A DNA stretch of 64,000 nucleotides from positions 91,946,001 to 92,010,000 of the forward strand of contig OZ024744.1 of NCBI GenBank assembly GCA_964016885.1, read 5' to 3'. Origin of the DNA: Eledone cirrhosa (taxonomy: Eukaryota). The translations under genes were made by a program, and so were the position numbers. Below the pieces are notes generated by a model. That model searched no databases, was not told the origin of the DNA, and saw only the letters and a list, made by a program, of their open reading frames with translations. Below, piece after piece: positions 12,789 through 26,237 of this stretch (within the stretch, counting starts at the first letter, position 1; each line of letters begins with the position of its first letter).

Positions 12789-13672
12789 CAGTGTAACCCC
12801 CGGCATTCGCGATCCCAGTTATTTGCGGAATTCTACTGAGAATGTCACTGGACCGAGACCTTTGGCGGTACTCAGTAATAGAGAAGACCCGCCTTACCTA
12901 AATACAAAGTAAAACCTACTACAGTCAGTAGGCATCTCTAACAAAATACACCACCGTCCCACCACCCCCACCCCATCCACACCGCCCCTTTCAATGTAAA
13001 GTTATGTTGGGGCCACAACATCCAGGCCGAAACAAATGAGGTCGTGTAGGTGTCATGACAAAAAAAAACACACAGTCCACGCTGTAATGTGGCCGTGTAG
13101 GCAACACGGTAAAAACCTCCCAGCCCCACACTGTAAATGTGGTTGGTGTTAGGAAGGGCATCCAGCTGTAGAAAACCTGCCAGACAGTCCACGCTGTAAT
13201 GTGGCCGTGTAGGCAACACGGTAAAAACCTCCCAGTCCCACACTGTAAATGTGGTTGGTGTTAGGAAGGGCATCCAACTGTAGAAAACCCGCCAGACAGT
13301 CCTATGCGAGCAAGACAACCACTCTTGCCTCAAGTGGGAAAAATCCCGTCCAAACCCATTCAAGCGTGGAATATGGACGTTAAACGATGATGATGATGAT
13401 GATGAACCTAATAATTGTTCATGGAAACCACCGCATATTCGCGGAATTGTAAATATCTTCCATGATTTTTTATGGCTTGTTTCGTGGCAATATATATTTT
13501 CATGCTTTTTAACGCTAAATTATTATGAACAATATACCATATTTGCCAGCCTATATTTTACGTTGTTTTGATGTTTAGATGCATTTTTATGGACCATGTC
13601 CAATATTCACGGTTTTTCACTCTTCGTGGTTGTTCCAGGAACGTAATCCCCGCAAATACTGGGGGACAATTA
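12789..13672. mobile_element. Tigger/pogo-like MITE interrupted by an RTE 3' fragment
   Basis: Left end TA|CAGTGTAACCCCCGGCATTCGCG, degenerate right end CGCAAATACTGGGGGACAATTATA. Confidence 0.55.
12843..13404 (+). mobile_element. 5'-truncated RTE copy (last codons plus 3' UTR, with an internal duplication)
   Basis: Reverse complement of 32135-32577. It ends in (GAT)n, and 13072-13185 is repeated at 13184-13297. Confidence 0.9.
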
Positions 13673-13694
13673 TATATATGTATATATACACATA

Positions 13695-15677
13695 TACGAG
13701 GGTTGGCTGAAAAGTTCATAGGCTAACCAAGATACTGTCATGGAATGACCAAATGAGGTTTATTTTTCAACATAGTCCCGGGAAAGAAACAATGTACAGT
13801 TATTAATAAGAAAAGTTGAAATTAATGCATTACATTACATGCAAGATTTCACAGCTCTAGCATCACCTTTTGATAGGCTGACCAAGATACTCTCATGGAA
13901 TGACCAAATGAGGTTTATTTTTCAACATAGTCCCTGGAAAGAAACAATGTACAGTTATTAATAAGAAAAGTTGAAATTAATGCATTACATGCAAGATTTC
14001 ACAGCTCTAGCATCACCTTTTGATAGGCTGACCAAGATACTCTCATGGAATGACTAAATGAGGTTTGTTTTCCAACATAGTCTCTGGAAAGAAACAATGT
14101 AGTTATTAATAAGAATAATTGAAATTAATGCATGTGAGATTTCACAGCTCTAGCATAACTCTTTCACAGGCTGACCAAGATACTCTCATGGAATGACCAA
14201 ATGAGGTTTATTTTTCAACATAGTCTCTGGAAAGAAACAATGTACAGTTATTAATAAGAAAAGTTGAAATTAATGCATTACATGCAAGATTTCACAGCTC
14301 TAGCATCACCTTTTGATAGGCTGACCAAGATACTCTCATGGAATGACCAAATGAGGTTTGTTTTTCAACATAGTCTCTGGAAAGAAACAATGTAGTTATT
14401 AATAAGAATAATTGAAATTAATGCATGTGAGATTTCACAGCTCTAGCATAACTCTTTCACAGGCTGACCAAGATACTCTCATGGAATGACCAAATGAGGT
14501 TTATTTTTCAACATAGTCCCTGGAAAGAAACAATGTACAGTTATTAATAAGAAAAGTTGAAATTAATGCATTACATTAGATGCAAGATTTCACAGCTCTA
14601 GCATCACCTTTTGATAGGCTGACCAAGATACTCTCATGGAATGACCAAATGAGGTTTATTTTTCAACATAGTCTCTGGAAAGAAACAATGTACAGTTATT
14701 AATAAGAAAAGTTGAAATTAATGCATTACATGCAAGATTTCACAGCTCTAGCATCACCTTTTGATAGGCTGACCAAGATACTCTCATGGAATGACCAAAT
14801 GAGGTTTGTTTTTCAACATAGTCTCTGGAAAGAAACAATGTAGTTATTAATAAGAATAATTGAAATTAATGCATGTGAGATTTCACAGCTCTAGCATAAC
14901 TCTTTCACAGGCTGACCAAGATACTCTCATGGAATGACCAAATGAGGTTTATTTTTCAACATAGTCCCTGGAAAGAAACAATGTACAGTTATTAATAAGA
15001 AAAGTTGAAATTAATGCATTACATTACATGCAAGATTTCACAGCTCTAGCATCACCTTTTGATAGGCTGACCAAGATACTCTCATGGAATGACCAAATGA
15101 GGTTTGTTTTTCAACATAGTCTCTGGAAAGAAACAATGTAGTTATTAATAAGAATAATTGAAATTAATGCATGTGAGATTTCACAGCTCTAGCATAACTC
15201 TTTCACAGGCTGACCAAGATACTCTCATGGAATGACCAAATGAGGTTTATTTTTCAACATAGTCTCTGGAAAGAAACAATGTACTGTTATTAATAAGAAA
15301 AGTTGAAATTAATCCATTACATGCAAGATTTCACAGCTCTAGCATCACCTTTTGATAGGCTGACCAAGATACTCTCATGGAATGACCAAATGAGGTTTGT
15401 TTTTCAACATAGTCTCTGGAAAGAAACAATGTAGTTATTAATAAGAATAATTGAAATTAATGCATGTGAGATTTCACAGCTCTAGCATAACTCTTTCACA
15501 GGCTGACCAAGATACTCTCATGGAATGACCAAATGAGGTTTATTTTTCAACATAGTCCCTGGAAAGAAACAATGTACAGTTATTAATAAGAATTGAAATT
15601 AATGCATTACATGCAAGATTTCACAGCTTTAACATCACTCCTTCATAATCAGTCTATGAACTTTTCAACCGAGACCC
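13695..15677 (+). repeat. MITE-derived satellite: 13 units of ~143-155 bp between intact mariner-like TIRs
   Basis: The unit starts GGCTGACCAAGATACTCTCATGGAATG. Left TIR TACGAGGGTTGGCTGAAAAGTTCATAG, right TIR CTATGAACTTTTCAACC. Confidence 0.93.
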
Positions 15678-16088
15678 CCTTCTACTGCTGATTTGTTGCT
15701 GTTGTATCAGGTTGTTGTTCACCTGATCAGTGATCAGTTTCCAGGGTTCACCATCAGGTGGAGCTGAAGGTCAACAAACTTGGAGGGGCGGGAGTTATGT
15801 GAAGGGGGTGTATGCCTGTATGTAGAATGTGTGACTACTTCCTTGTACATGTGAACATGTCAGTGAGAATATTATTTGATTGAGTTCACCTTTGACCTCT
15901 AAAAGGTCAAAGGTGAACATTGATGAGGTGTTTCTGGTACCTCTATGATAACCTTGAAAATATATATTGTGAGATAATACAGGTATGTTAAACAGGGTGT
16001 TGTTTCTATATTTATATTATATATATATATAATGTTATATATATATATATAATATAAGATCAAAAGATGGTTAAAGGAGTTCCATGTA

Positions 16089-16155
16089 TTTTATTATGCG
16101 CATTTCAAAAACAAACATCATCATGCAATAATATTTGTGTTTTCATCAGATAAAA
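16089..16155 (-). ncRNA. Minimal type-I hammerhead ribozyme motif
   Basis: Minus strand: ttttat CTGATGA [36-nt hairpin] GAAA tgcgca TA ataaaa. It has a 6-bp stem I and a palindromic stem III, inside a ~250 bp insert in (TA)n. Confidence 0.88.
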
Positions 16156-16303
16156 CAGGAGAACATGATATGAAGGCTAAAAAACACTTGTGGATAGTGC
16201 AGTTTTAAATCAACATCAATCTCCAGTCCTACAAACTGTAGAGTGCTTCTTATCCGATATCTGCATTGCTTTATTGTACTACAATAAAACTCACCTCCTA
16301 CAT

Positions 16304-16344
<41 letters not shown>

Positions 16345-16585
16345 GTGTATATACACACACACACACACACACACGTATATATTTCAATGTGTGTATATAT
16401 ATATATTTCAAACAACACCAATTGTTTTACTATAAATACCCTGGTTTCTTGTTTTGTTTATTATTATTATTATTATATATTTTAGAAGGGTAGTCACTTG
16501 AAGTGGGGACAAGTTGGGTAGATTGGGTAGATTGGGTAGATATACAGTAGAATATATAGAGGGAGAGATATATAGATAGTTATAT

Positions 16586-16618
<33 letters not shown>

Positions 16619-16912
16619 TTATATATAGAGAGATAGAGGGAAAGGGGAGAGGAGGGGGTGTGAGAAGGTGATGTATGTGTGAATGAAAGAGAGGAGGGTG
16701 TTAGACAGAGAGATAGAGGTGGATGGAGAGAGAGAGAAATAAAGAAAAGTAATAAGGTATTTATACATATATATGATATATATATATATACGTCTGTACA
16801 CATATATGTATGTATGTATACATACTTATATTTAAGTATCAGCCGTACTAAGAGTGAGAAATGAAATTTCATTTTTTCCATTTATATACACATATATATA
16901 TATATATATATA

Positions 16913-17535
16913 TCATCATCATCATCATCATCATCAACGTTTAACGTCCGTGTTCCACGCTTGCATGGGTTTGGACGGGGGTATTTCCCACTTGAGGCAA
17001 GAGTGATTGTCTTGCTCGCATAGGACTGTCTGGCGGGTTTTCTACGGCTGGATGCCCTTCCTAACACCAACCACATTTACAGTCTGGGGCTGGGAGGTTT
17101 TTACCGTGTTGCCTACACGGCCACATTACAGCGCGGACTGTGTGTTTTTTTGTCGTGACACCTACACGATCTCATTTGTTTCGGCCTGGATGTTGTGGCA
17201 CCAACATAACTTTACATTGAAGGGGGGGGGGTGTATTTTGTTAGAGATGCCTACTGACTGTAGTAGGTTTTACTTTGTATTTAGGTAAGGCGGGTCTTCT
17301 CTATTACTGAGTACCGCCAAAGGTCTCGGTCCAGTGACATTGTCTTGGAGAGGTGTAAGTGTGTGAGGTCGGAATTTATCAAGTCGTCCCAGGTTTTTCT
17401 GGGTCTGCCTACTCCGTGGCTACCGTCTATCTTTATTGTCCTGCATTTTGTTATACAGCTATCGTCTTTCATGCGCATCACGTGACCATACCAACGTAGC
17501 CTTCTCTCGAGTAAACAACATCTGATCTCTCTTAT
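16913..17535 (-). mobile_element. 5'-truncated RTE copy
   Basis: ORF 17281..17481 (GRPRKTWDDLINSDL...) is near-identical to 32517..32915, with the same 3' UTR and (GAT)n tail. Confidence 0.92.
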
Positions 17536-17585
17536 TTCTAATTTTTTTTTTATTTTTTTTTTTTATACATACATATATAGTAATA

Positions 17586-17744
17586 ATTGTTTCTACTTTT
17601 GGCACAAGGCCAGCAATTGCCCAGTGTATTACTGGTACTTTATTTTATCGACCCCGTAAGGATGAAAGGCAAAGTTAACCTCAGAATGACAAGGGCCGTA
17701 ACTCTATGCGCCAAAGCATGGCGGCCGACTGCCAATTCACCGGC
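17586..17744 (-). mobile_element. Nin-like SINE copy with internal deletions
   Basis: Matches 5786-5975. Confidence 0.85.
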
Positions 17745-18196
17745 CTTATATATATATAGTAATAATAATAAATGTGAAGACTAAAAATCTAAAGAGGGCT
17801 CAATAAGGATAAATATATATCAAATATATAAGAACCGTAGAGCAAATATTTATGTGTGTGTGAAGGCATGTGGCTGAGTGGTTAGGGAATGATTTCACTA
17901 TCGTGAGGTTGTGAGTTCAATTCTCAGACCGGGTGATGCGTTATGTCCTTGAGCAAGACACTTTATTTCATGTGGCTCCTTCTACCTAGAGTTGCGACCG
18001 TTAGATAGTATTAGTAATTGGAAAGACCAATGGACACATTGTTTCCGATTTGACGAGAGTCGATCAGCTGTCGATATATGGGGAAAGAAAAGGTAAAGAG
18101 AGACAGACAGCAGACATAATGAGAGAGAGAGAGGGTAAGAGAGAGAGAGAGAGAGAGGGGGGTAGAGAGAGAGAGAGACAAACAGCAGACATAATG

Positions 18197-18229
<33 letters not shown>

Positions 18230-19769
18230 CAGACTGCAGACATAATGAGAGAGACAGGGAGGGAGAGAGAGAGACAGAAAGAGAAAGAGAGAGAGAGATA
18301 GACAGACAGCAGACATAATGAGAGAGAGATAGACAGACAGCAGACATAATGAGAGAGAGACAGGGAGAGAGAGAGAGTGAGAGAGAATAGTTTTTAATTA
18401 AAATTATTTATTTAAATATTTTATATTATTCGTTTAAAATTTACTCAAATCTTTATTTCTTAATTATTTTCTGTAATTATTTTATTTTGTAATTAAGTCG
18501 TCAAAGTGACTTTTGGGTTGTTGTTGTTGTTGTTTCTTAGTTGTTGTTGTTGTTGTTGTTATTGGCAGTGGTGGTTGTTGTTGTTGCTGTTGTTGTTGTT
18601 TCTTAGTTGTTGTTGTTGTTTCTTAGCTGTTGCTGTTGTTGTTGTTGTTGTTGTTATAGTTATTGTTGTTGTTGTTTTGTAGTTGTTATTGTTATAGTTG
18701 TTGGCAGTGGTGGTTGTTGTTATTGCTGTAGTAGTTGTTGTAGTTGTTGTAGTTGTTGTTGTAGTTGTAGTAGTTGTTGTTGTTGTAGTTGTAGTAGTTG
18801 TTGTTGTTGTTGTTGTCTGTTGTTGATGGTGGTTGTTATAGTTGGCAGTGGTGGCGGTGGCTGTTGTCGTTGGCAGTGGTGGTGGTTCTTGTTACTGTTG
18901 TTGTTGTTGTTGTTGTTGTTGTTGTATTAATCTACAAGTCAACCTTGAAACAACTAAACCCCAGAATAAAAGGGACACTCCAACCATGACTGTCTATCCT
19001 ATCTTTTTAATAGGGGTGGTTATCTAATGTGTCCTTTCTAAATTTAAGACAGTATCGAGGGGTGTGCTATGAGGGGTTTATCTGCTGTTTCTAGCAGGAT
19101 CAGTGACCACGTGGAGGATATTATTGTTTATGTTAGAGACACTGGTACAAGAGGTCTGTAGTTACTTTCTTTGTTTATCTGTGTGTGTTTGTGTGTGTGC
19201 GTTTGTGTGTGTGTTTGAGAGTGTGTGATTGTGCTTCTGTGTGTGTTTGTGTGTGTGTTTATGTTTGTTTACATCATCATCATTAAAATCATCATCATCA
19301 TCATCACCACCATCATCATCACCATCATCCGCATCTGCCTCACCATCATCATCATCATCACCACCATTACCATAATCATCATCACCACCATCATCATCAT
19401 CACCACCACCATCATCATCACCATCATCCTCATCTGCCTCACCATCATCATCATCATCACAACCATTACCATAATCATCATTATCACCACCACCATCATT
19501 ATCACCACCACCATCATCATCAACACCATCATCATCACCACCATTACCATAATCATCATCATCTTCACCATCACCAACACCATCACCACCACCATCATAA
19601 TCATCATCATCATCACCACCACGACCATCATTATCATTACCATCATCATCATCAACCTCACTACCCCCACCATCATCAACTTCATCACTACCACCACGAC
19701 CGTCATCATCATTATCATCACCACCACCATCATCTTCATTTAATGACTGTTCTCCCTGCTAACAAGCAA

Positions 19770-22700
19770 TTGGACTGTGTTACAGTGTGGACTGGGTGCT
19801 TTTTGTTGTGACACCTACATGACCACTTTACAGTGTGGACTGGGTGCTTTTTGTTGTGACACCTACATGACCACTTTACAGTGTGGACTGGGTGCTTTTT
19901 GTCGTGACACCTACATGACCACTTTACAGTGTGGACTGGGTGCTTTTTGTTGTGACACCTACATGACCACTTTACAGTGTGGACTGGGTGCTTTTTGTCG
20001 TGACACCTACATGACCACTTTACAGTGTGTACTGGGTGCTTTTTGTCGTGACACCTACATGACCACTTTACAGTGTGTACTGGGTGCTATTTGTCGTGAC
20101 ACCTACATCACCACTTTACAGTGTGGACTGGGTGCTCTTTGTCGTGACACCTACATGACCACTTTACAGTGTGTACTGGGTGCTATTTGTCGTGACACCT
20201 ACATGACCACTTTACAGTGTGTACTGGGTACTTTTTGTTGTGACACCTCCACAACCACTTTATAGTGTGGACTGGGTGCTTTTTGTCATGACACCTACAT
20301 GACCACTTTACAGTGTGGACTGGGTGCTTTTTGTCGTGACACCTACATGACCACTTTACAGTGTGTACTGGGTACTTTTTGTTGTGACACCTCCACAACC
20401 ACTTTATAGTGTGGACTGGGTGCTTTTTGTCATGACACCTACATGACCACTTTACAGTGTGGACTGGGTGCTTTTTGTCATGACACCTACATGACCACTT
20501 TACAGTGTGGACTGTGTGCTTTTTGTCGTGACACCTACATGACCACTTTACAGTGTGTACTGGGTACTTTTTGTTGTGACACCTCCATGACCACTTTACA
20601 GTGTGGACTGGGTGCTTTTTGTCGTGACACCTACATGACCACTTTACAGTGTGGACTGTGTGCTTTTTGTCGTGACACCTACATGACCACTTTACAGTGT
20701 GTACTGGGTACTTTTTGTTGTGACACCTCCACAACCACTTTATAGTGTGGACTGGGTGCTTTTTGTCATGACACCTACATGACCACTTTACAGTGTGGAC
20801 TGGGTGCTTTTTGTCGTGACACCTACATGACCACTTTGCAGTGTGTACTGGGTACTTTTTGTTGTGACACCTCCACAACCACTTTATAGTGTGGACTGGG
20901 TGCTTTTTGTCATGACACCTACATGACCACTTTACAGTGTGGACTGGGTGCTTTTTGTCGTGACACCTACATGACCACTTTACAGTGTGGACTGTGTGCT
21001 TTTTGTCGTGACACCTACATGACCACTTTACAGTGTGTACTGGGTACTTTTTGTTGTGACACCTCCACAACCACTTTATAGTGTGGACTGGGTGCTTTTT
21101 GTCATGACACCTACATGACCACTTTACAGTGTGGACTGGGTGCTTTTTGTCGTGACACCTACATGACCACTTTACAGTGTGTAACGGGTACTTTTTGTTG
21201 TGACACCTCCACAACCACTTTATAGTGTGGACTGGGTGCTTTTTGTCATGACACCTACATGACCACTTTACAGTGTGGACTGGGTGCTTTTTGTCGTGAC
21301 ACCTACATGACCACTTTGCAGTGTGTACTGGGTACTTTTTGTTGTGACACCTACACAACCACTTTATAGTGTGGACTGGGTGCTTTTTGTCATGACACCT
21401 ACATGACCACTTTACAGTGTGGACTGGGTGCTTTTTGTCGTGACACCTACATGACCACTTTACAGTGTGTACTGGGTACTTTTTGTTGTGACACCTACAC
21501 AACCACTTTACAGTGTGGACTGTGCTTTTTGTTGTGACACCTACATGACCCCTTTACAGTGTGGACTGGGTGCTCTTTGTCGTGACACCTCCATGACCAC
21601 TTTACAGTGTGGACTGGGTGCTTTTTGTTGTGACACCTACATGACCACTTTACAGTGTGGACTGGGTGCTTTTTGTCGTGACACCTACATGACCACTTTA
21701 CAGTGTGTACTGGGTGCTATTTGTCGTGACACCTACATGACCACTTTACAGTGTGTACTGGGTGCTATTTGTCGTGACACCTCCACAACCACTTTACAGT
21801 GTGTACTGGGTACTTTTTGTTGTGACACCTCCACAACCACTTTATAGTGTGGACTGGGTGCTTTTTGTCATGACACCTACATGACCACTTTACAGTGTGG
21901 ACTGGGTGCTTTTTGTCGTGACACCTACATGACCACTTTACAGTGTGTACTGGGTACTTTTTGTTGTGACACCTCCACAACCACTTTATAGTGTGGACTG
22001 GGTGCTTTTTGTCATGACACCTACATGACCACTTTACAGTGTGGACTGGGTGCTTTTTGTCATGACACCTACATGACCACTTTACAGTGTGGACTGGGTG
22101 CTTTTTGTCGTGACACCTACATGACCACTTTACAGTGTGGACTGTGTGCTTTTTGTCGTGACACCTACATGACCACTTTACAGTGTGTACTGGGTACTTT
22201 TTGTTGTGACACCTCCATAACCACTTTACAGTGTGGACTGGGTGCTTTTTGTCGTGACACCTACATGACCACTTTACAGTGTGGACTGGGTGCTTTTTGT
22301 CATGACACCTACATGACCACTTTACAGTGTGTACTGGGTACTTTTTGTTGTGACACCTCCACAACCACTTTATAGTGTGGACTGGGTGCTTTTTGTCATG
22401 ACACCTACATGACCACTTTACAGTGTGGACTGGGTGCTTTTTGTCGTGACACCTACATGACCACTTTGCAGTGTGTACTGGGTACTTTTTGTTGTGACAC
22501 CTCCACAACCACTTTATAGTGTGGACTGGGTGCTTTTTGTCATGACACCTACATGACCACTTTACAGTGTGGACTGGGTGCTTTTTGTCGTGACACCTAC
22601 ATAACCACTTTACAGTGTGGACTGTGTGCTTTTTGTCGTGACACCTACATGACCACTTTACAGTGTGTACTGGGTACTTTTTGTTGTGACACCTCCACAA

Positions 22701-24900
22701 CCACTTTATAGTGTGGACTGGGTGCTTTTTGTCATGACACCTACATGACCACTTTACAGTGTGGACTGGGTGCTTTTTGTCGTGACACCTACATGACCAC
22801 TTTACAGTGTGCAACGGGTACTTTTTGTTGTGACACCTCCACAACCACTTTATAGTGTGGACTGGGTGCTTTTTATCATGACACCTACATGACCACTTTA
22901 CAGTGTGGACTGGGTGCTTTTTGTCGTGACACCTACATGACCACTTTGCAGTGTGTACTGGGTACTTTTTGTTGTGACACCTACACAACCACTTTACAGT
23001 GTGGACTGTGCTTTTTGTTGTGACACCTACATGACCCCTTTACAGTGTGGACTGGGTGCTCTTTGTCGTGACACCTACATGACCACTTTACAGTGTGGAC
23101 TGGGTGTTTTTTGTTGTGACACCTACATAACCACTTTACAGTGTGGACTGGGTGCTTTTTGTTGTGACACCTACATGACCACTTTACAGTGTGGACTGGG
23201 TGCTTTTTGTTATGACACCTACATGACCACTTTACAGTGTCGGCTGGGTACTTTTTGTTGTGACACCTACATGACCACTTTACAGTGTGGACTGGGTGCT
23301 TTTTGTCATGACACCTATATGACCACTTTACAGTGTGGACTGGGTGCTTTTTGTCGTGACACCTATATGACCACTTTACAGTGTGGACTGGGTGCTTTTT
23401 GTCGTGACACCTACATGACCACTTTACAGTGTGGACTGGGTGCTTTTTGTCGTGACACCTACATGACCACTTTACAGTGTGGACTGGGTGCTTTTTGTTG
23501 TGACACCTACATGACCACTTTACAGTGTGGACTGGGTGCTTTTTGTCGTGACACCTATATGACCACTTTACAGTGTGGACTGGGTGCTTTTTGTCGTGAC
23601 ACCTACATGACCACTTTACAGTGTGGACTGGGTACTTTGTGTTGTGACACCTACATGACCACTTTACAGTGTGGGCTGGGTGCTTTTTGTCGTGACACCT
23701 ACATGACCACTTTACAGTGTGGACTGGATGCTTTTTGTCGTGACACCTACATGACCACTTTACAGTGTGGACTGGGTACTTTGTGTTGTGACACCTACAT
23801 GACCACTTTACAGTGTGGGCTGGGTGCTTTTTGTTGTGACACCTACATGACCACTTTACGGTGTGGACTGGATGCTTTTTGTCGTGACACCTACATGACC
23901 ACTTTACAGTGTGGACTGGGTGCTTTTTGTCGTGACACCTACATGACCACTTTACAGTGTGGACTGGGTGCTTTTTGTCGTGACACCTATATGACCACTT
24001 TACAGTGTGGACTGGGTGCTTTTTGTCGTGACACCTACATGACCACTTTACAGTGTGGACTGGGTACTTTGTGTTGTGACACCTACATGACCACTTTACA
24101 GTGTGGGCTGGGTGCTTTTTGTCGTGACACCTACATGACCACTTTACAGTGTGGACTGGATGCTTTTTGTCGTGACACCTACATGACCACTTTACAGTGT
24201 GGACTGGGTACTTTGTGTTGTGACACCTACATGACCACTTTACAGTGTGGGCTGGGTGCTTTTTGTTGTGACACCTACATGACCACTTTACGGTGTGGAC
24301 TGGATGCTTTTTGTCGTGACACCTACATGACCACTTTACAGTGTGGACTGGGTGCTTTTTGTCGTGACACCTACATGACCACTTTACAGTGTGGACTGGG
24401 TGCTTTTTGTCGTGACACCTATATGACCACTTTACAGTGTGGACTGGGTGCTTTTTGTCGTGACACCTACATGACCACTTTACAGTGTGGACTGGGTACT
24501 TTGTGTTGTGACACCTACATGACCACTTTACAGTGTGGGCTGGGTGCTTTTTGTCGTGACACCTACATGACCACTTTACAGTGTGTACTGGATGCTTTTT
24601 GTCGTGACACCTACATGACCACTTTACAGTGTGGACTGGATGCTTTTTGTCGTGACACCTACATGACCACTTTACAGTGTGGACTGGGTACTTTGTGTTG
24701 TGACACCTACATGACCACTTTACAGTGTGGGCTGGGTGCTTTTTGTTGTGACACCTACATGACCACTTTACGGTGTGGACTGGATGCTTTTTGTCGTGAC
24801 ACCTACATGACCACTTTACAGTGTGGACTGGGTGCTTTTTGTTGTGACACCTACATGACCACTTTACAGTGTGGACTGGGTGCTTTTTGTCGTGACACCT
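19770..24900. repeat. 48-bp satellite, ~107 copies, derived from the RTE/SINE 3' UTR
   Basis: Unit ACCACTTTACAGTGTGGACTGGGTGCTTTTTGTCGTGACACCTACATG. A homologous dimer is present in the RTE 3' UTR at 32281-32380. Confidence 0.97.
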
Positions 24901-25069
24901 GAGTGCAGACTGGAGAAAGGGAGGCGCATTGGGATAATAGAGGTAGATCTAGGGTGGGGCACTTATCAGGTGAGGGATGGATCAAGGTGGGTGTTAGGGT
25001 GTTGGAGTTGTATGGGAAGGGGAGATAAGGGAAAGTAATACATACTTACATACATACACACACACATAT

Positions 25070-25109
<40 letters not shown>

Positions 25110-25112
<3 letters not shown>

Positions 25113-25545
25113 GGTTCACCAAGAAAAACCTGGGACGAGGTGATAAGAACTGACCTTGCCCACCTACACCTCTCTAAGACAATGACACTGGATCCAGACC
25201 TTTGGCACCATGCAGTTGTACAGAAGAGCCGACTGCCATTGCATACAAACATACAGTCAATAGGCACGCCTTAACTCAAAGTTCACCCCACCCCCTACCC
25301 CATCCTCCCTCTCCCGTTCCATCCACTGTGTCGATGACACAACAGTCAACACTAAGGTGGTCGTGTAGGGGACACGGTGAAAAGGCTCCCAGTCCACACT
25401 GTAAATGTGGTTGGTGTTAGGAAGGGCAACAGACACTTCCGTGCGAGCGAGACACGGTCTCCCGACCATTCCCGCATCAAATGGAACAAAACTGTCTAAC
25501 CCATGCTAAGCGTGGAAGATGGACGTTAAACGATGATAATGATGA

Positions 25546-25548
<3 letters not shown>
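25110..25548 (+). mobile_element. Diverged 5'-truncated RTE 3' end
   Basis: PRKTWDEVIRTDLAHLHLSKTMTLDPDLW, followed by the shared tail and (GAT)n. Confidence 0.8.
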
Positions 25549-25616
<68 letters not shown>

Positions 25617-26237
25617 ACACCCCACTCTCCAGAGCGTGAAACTAATAAACATTCGTTGTACTGCCTCTCTGTTTTGTCCCTGTTCAAATTTTTCCATTAT
25701 ATATATACATATTTATACATGGAAAGTTATATTTAAATTGTTGGGTTTCCATTTATTTAATATCGTACATATTTATATATATTTATATGTATTTATGAAT
25801 GAAAAATAAACAAGTGTAAAAGATCTGTGTATTTCTTTGTATAAAAACTTGAAGTAGTGTCAGAATGCGTGTGCATGTGTGTGTTTGTGTGTGTGTGTGT
25901 GTGTGTGGTCATGTGTGTGTGCGTGAATGTGTATGTGTGTGCATGAGTATGTGTGTGTGTGCATTAAAAAAGATGAAGCTGCATAAATGTAGATGCATGT
26001 GTGTGTTTAAAACACTGAAGATATGTTAGTATAGTTGTGTGTGTGTATGTGAAAGTGCATGCGTGTGCGTTTAAACCAAAGATATGTTAGAATAGTTGGA
26101 TGTGTGAGTCATCATCATCATCATCATCGTTTAACGTCCATCTTCCACGCTGTGTGGTTAAACCACAAAATATATGTTAGCCTAGTTGTGTGTGTGTGTG
26201 TGTGTGTATGCAAAAGTGCATGTGTATGTGTGTTTAA

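Larger units (their letters stand above)
15797..19345 (-). repeat. Right arm of the inverted segmental duplication (partner 1645-4803)
   Basis: See the left arm. This arm has additional inserts at 16050-16305 and ~16740-18100. Confidence 0.92.

Noticed and set aside
15711-15982. Plus-strand exon-like segment (tatcAG ... AG|GTATGT)
   Set aside because: Stops in all three frames and no supporting neighbouring exon.
18030-18075. Minus-strand hairpin followed by GAAA caatgtg TC
   Set aside because: No CUGANGA-type core in the right position.
19770-24900. CRISPR-like regular repeat
   Set aside because: Head-to-tail units with no unique spacers, no cas genes, eukaryotic context. The same applies to the arrays at 13.7, 38.2 and 40.7 kb.
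19777-24902. Long Cys-rich ORFs (407-649 aa) resembling metallothionein or keratin-associated proteins
   Set aside because: They are translations of a 48-bp satellite derived from a LINE 3' UTR, open on both strands, with no unique N- or C-terminal domain.
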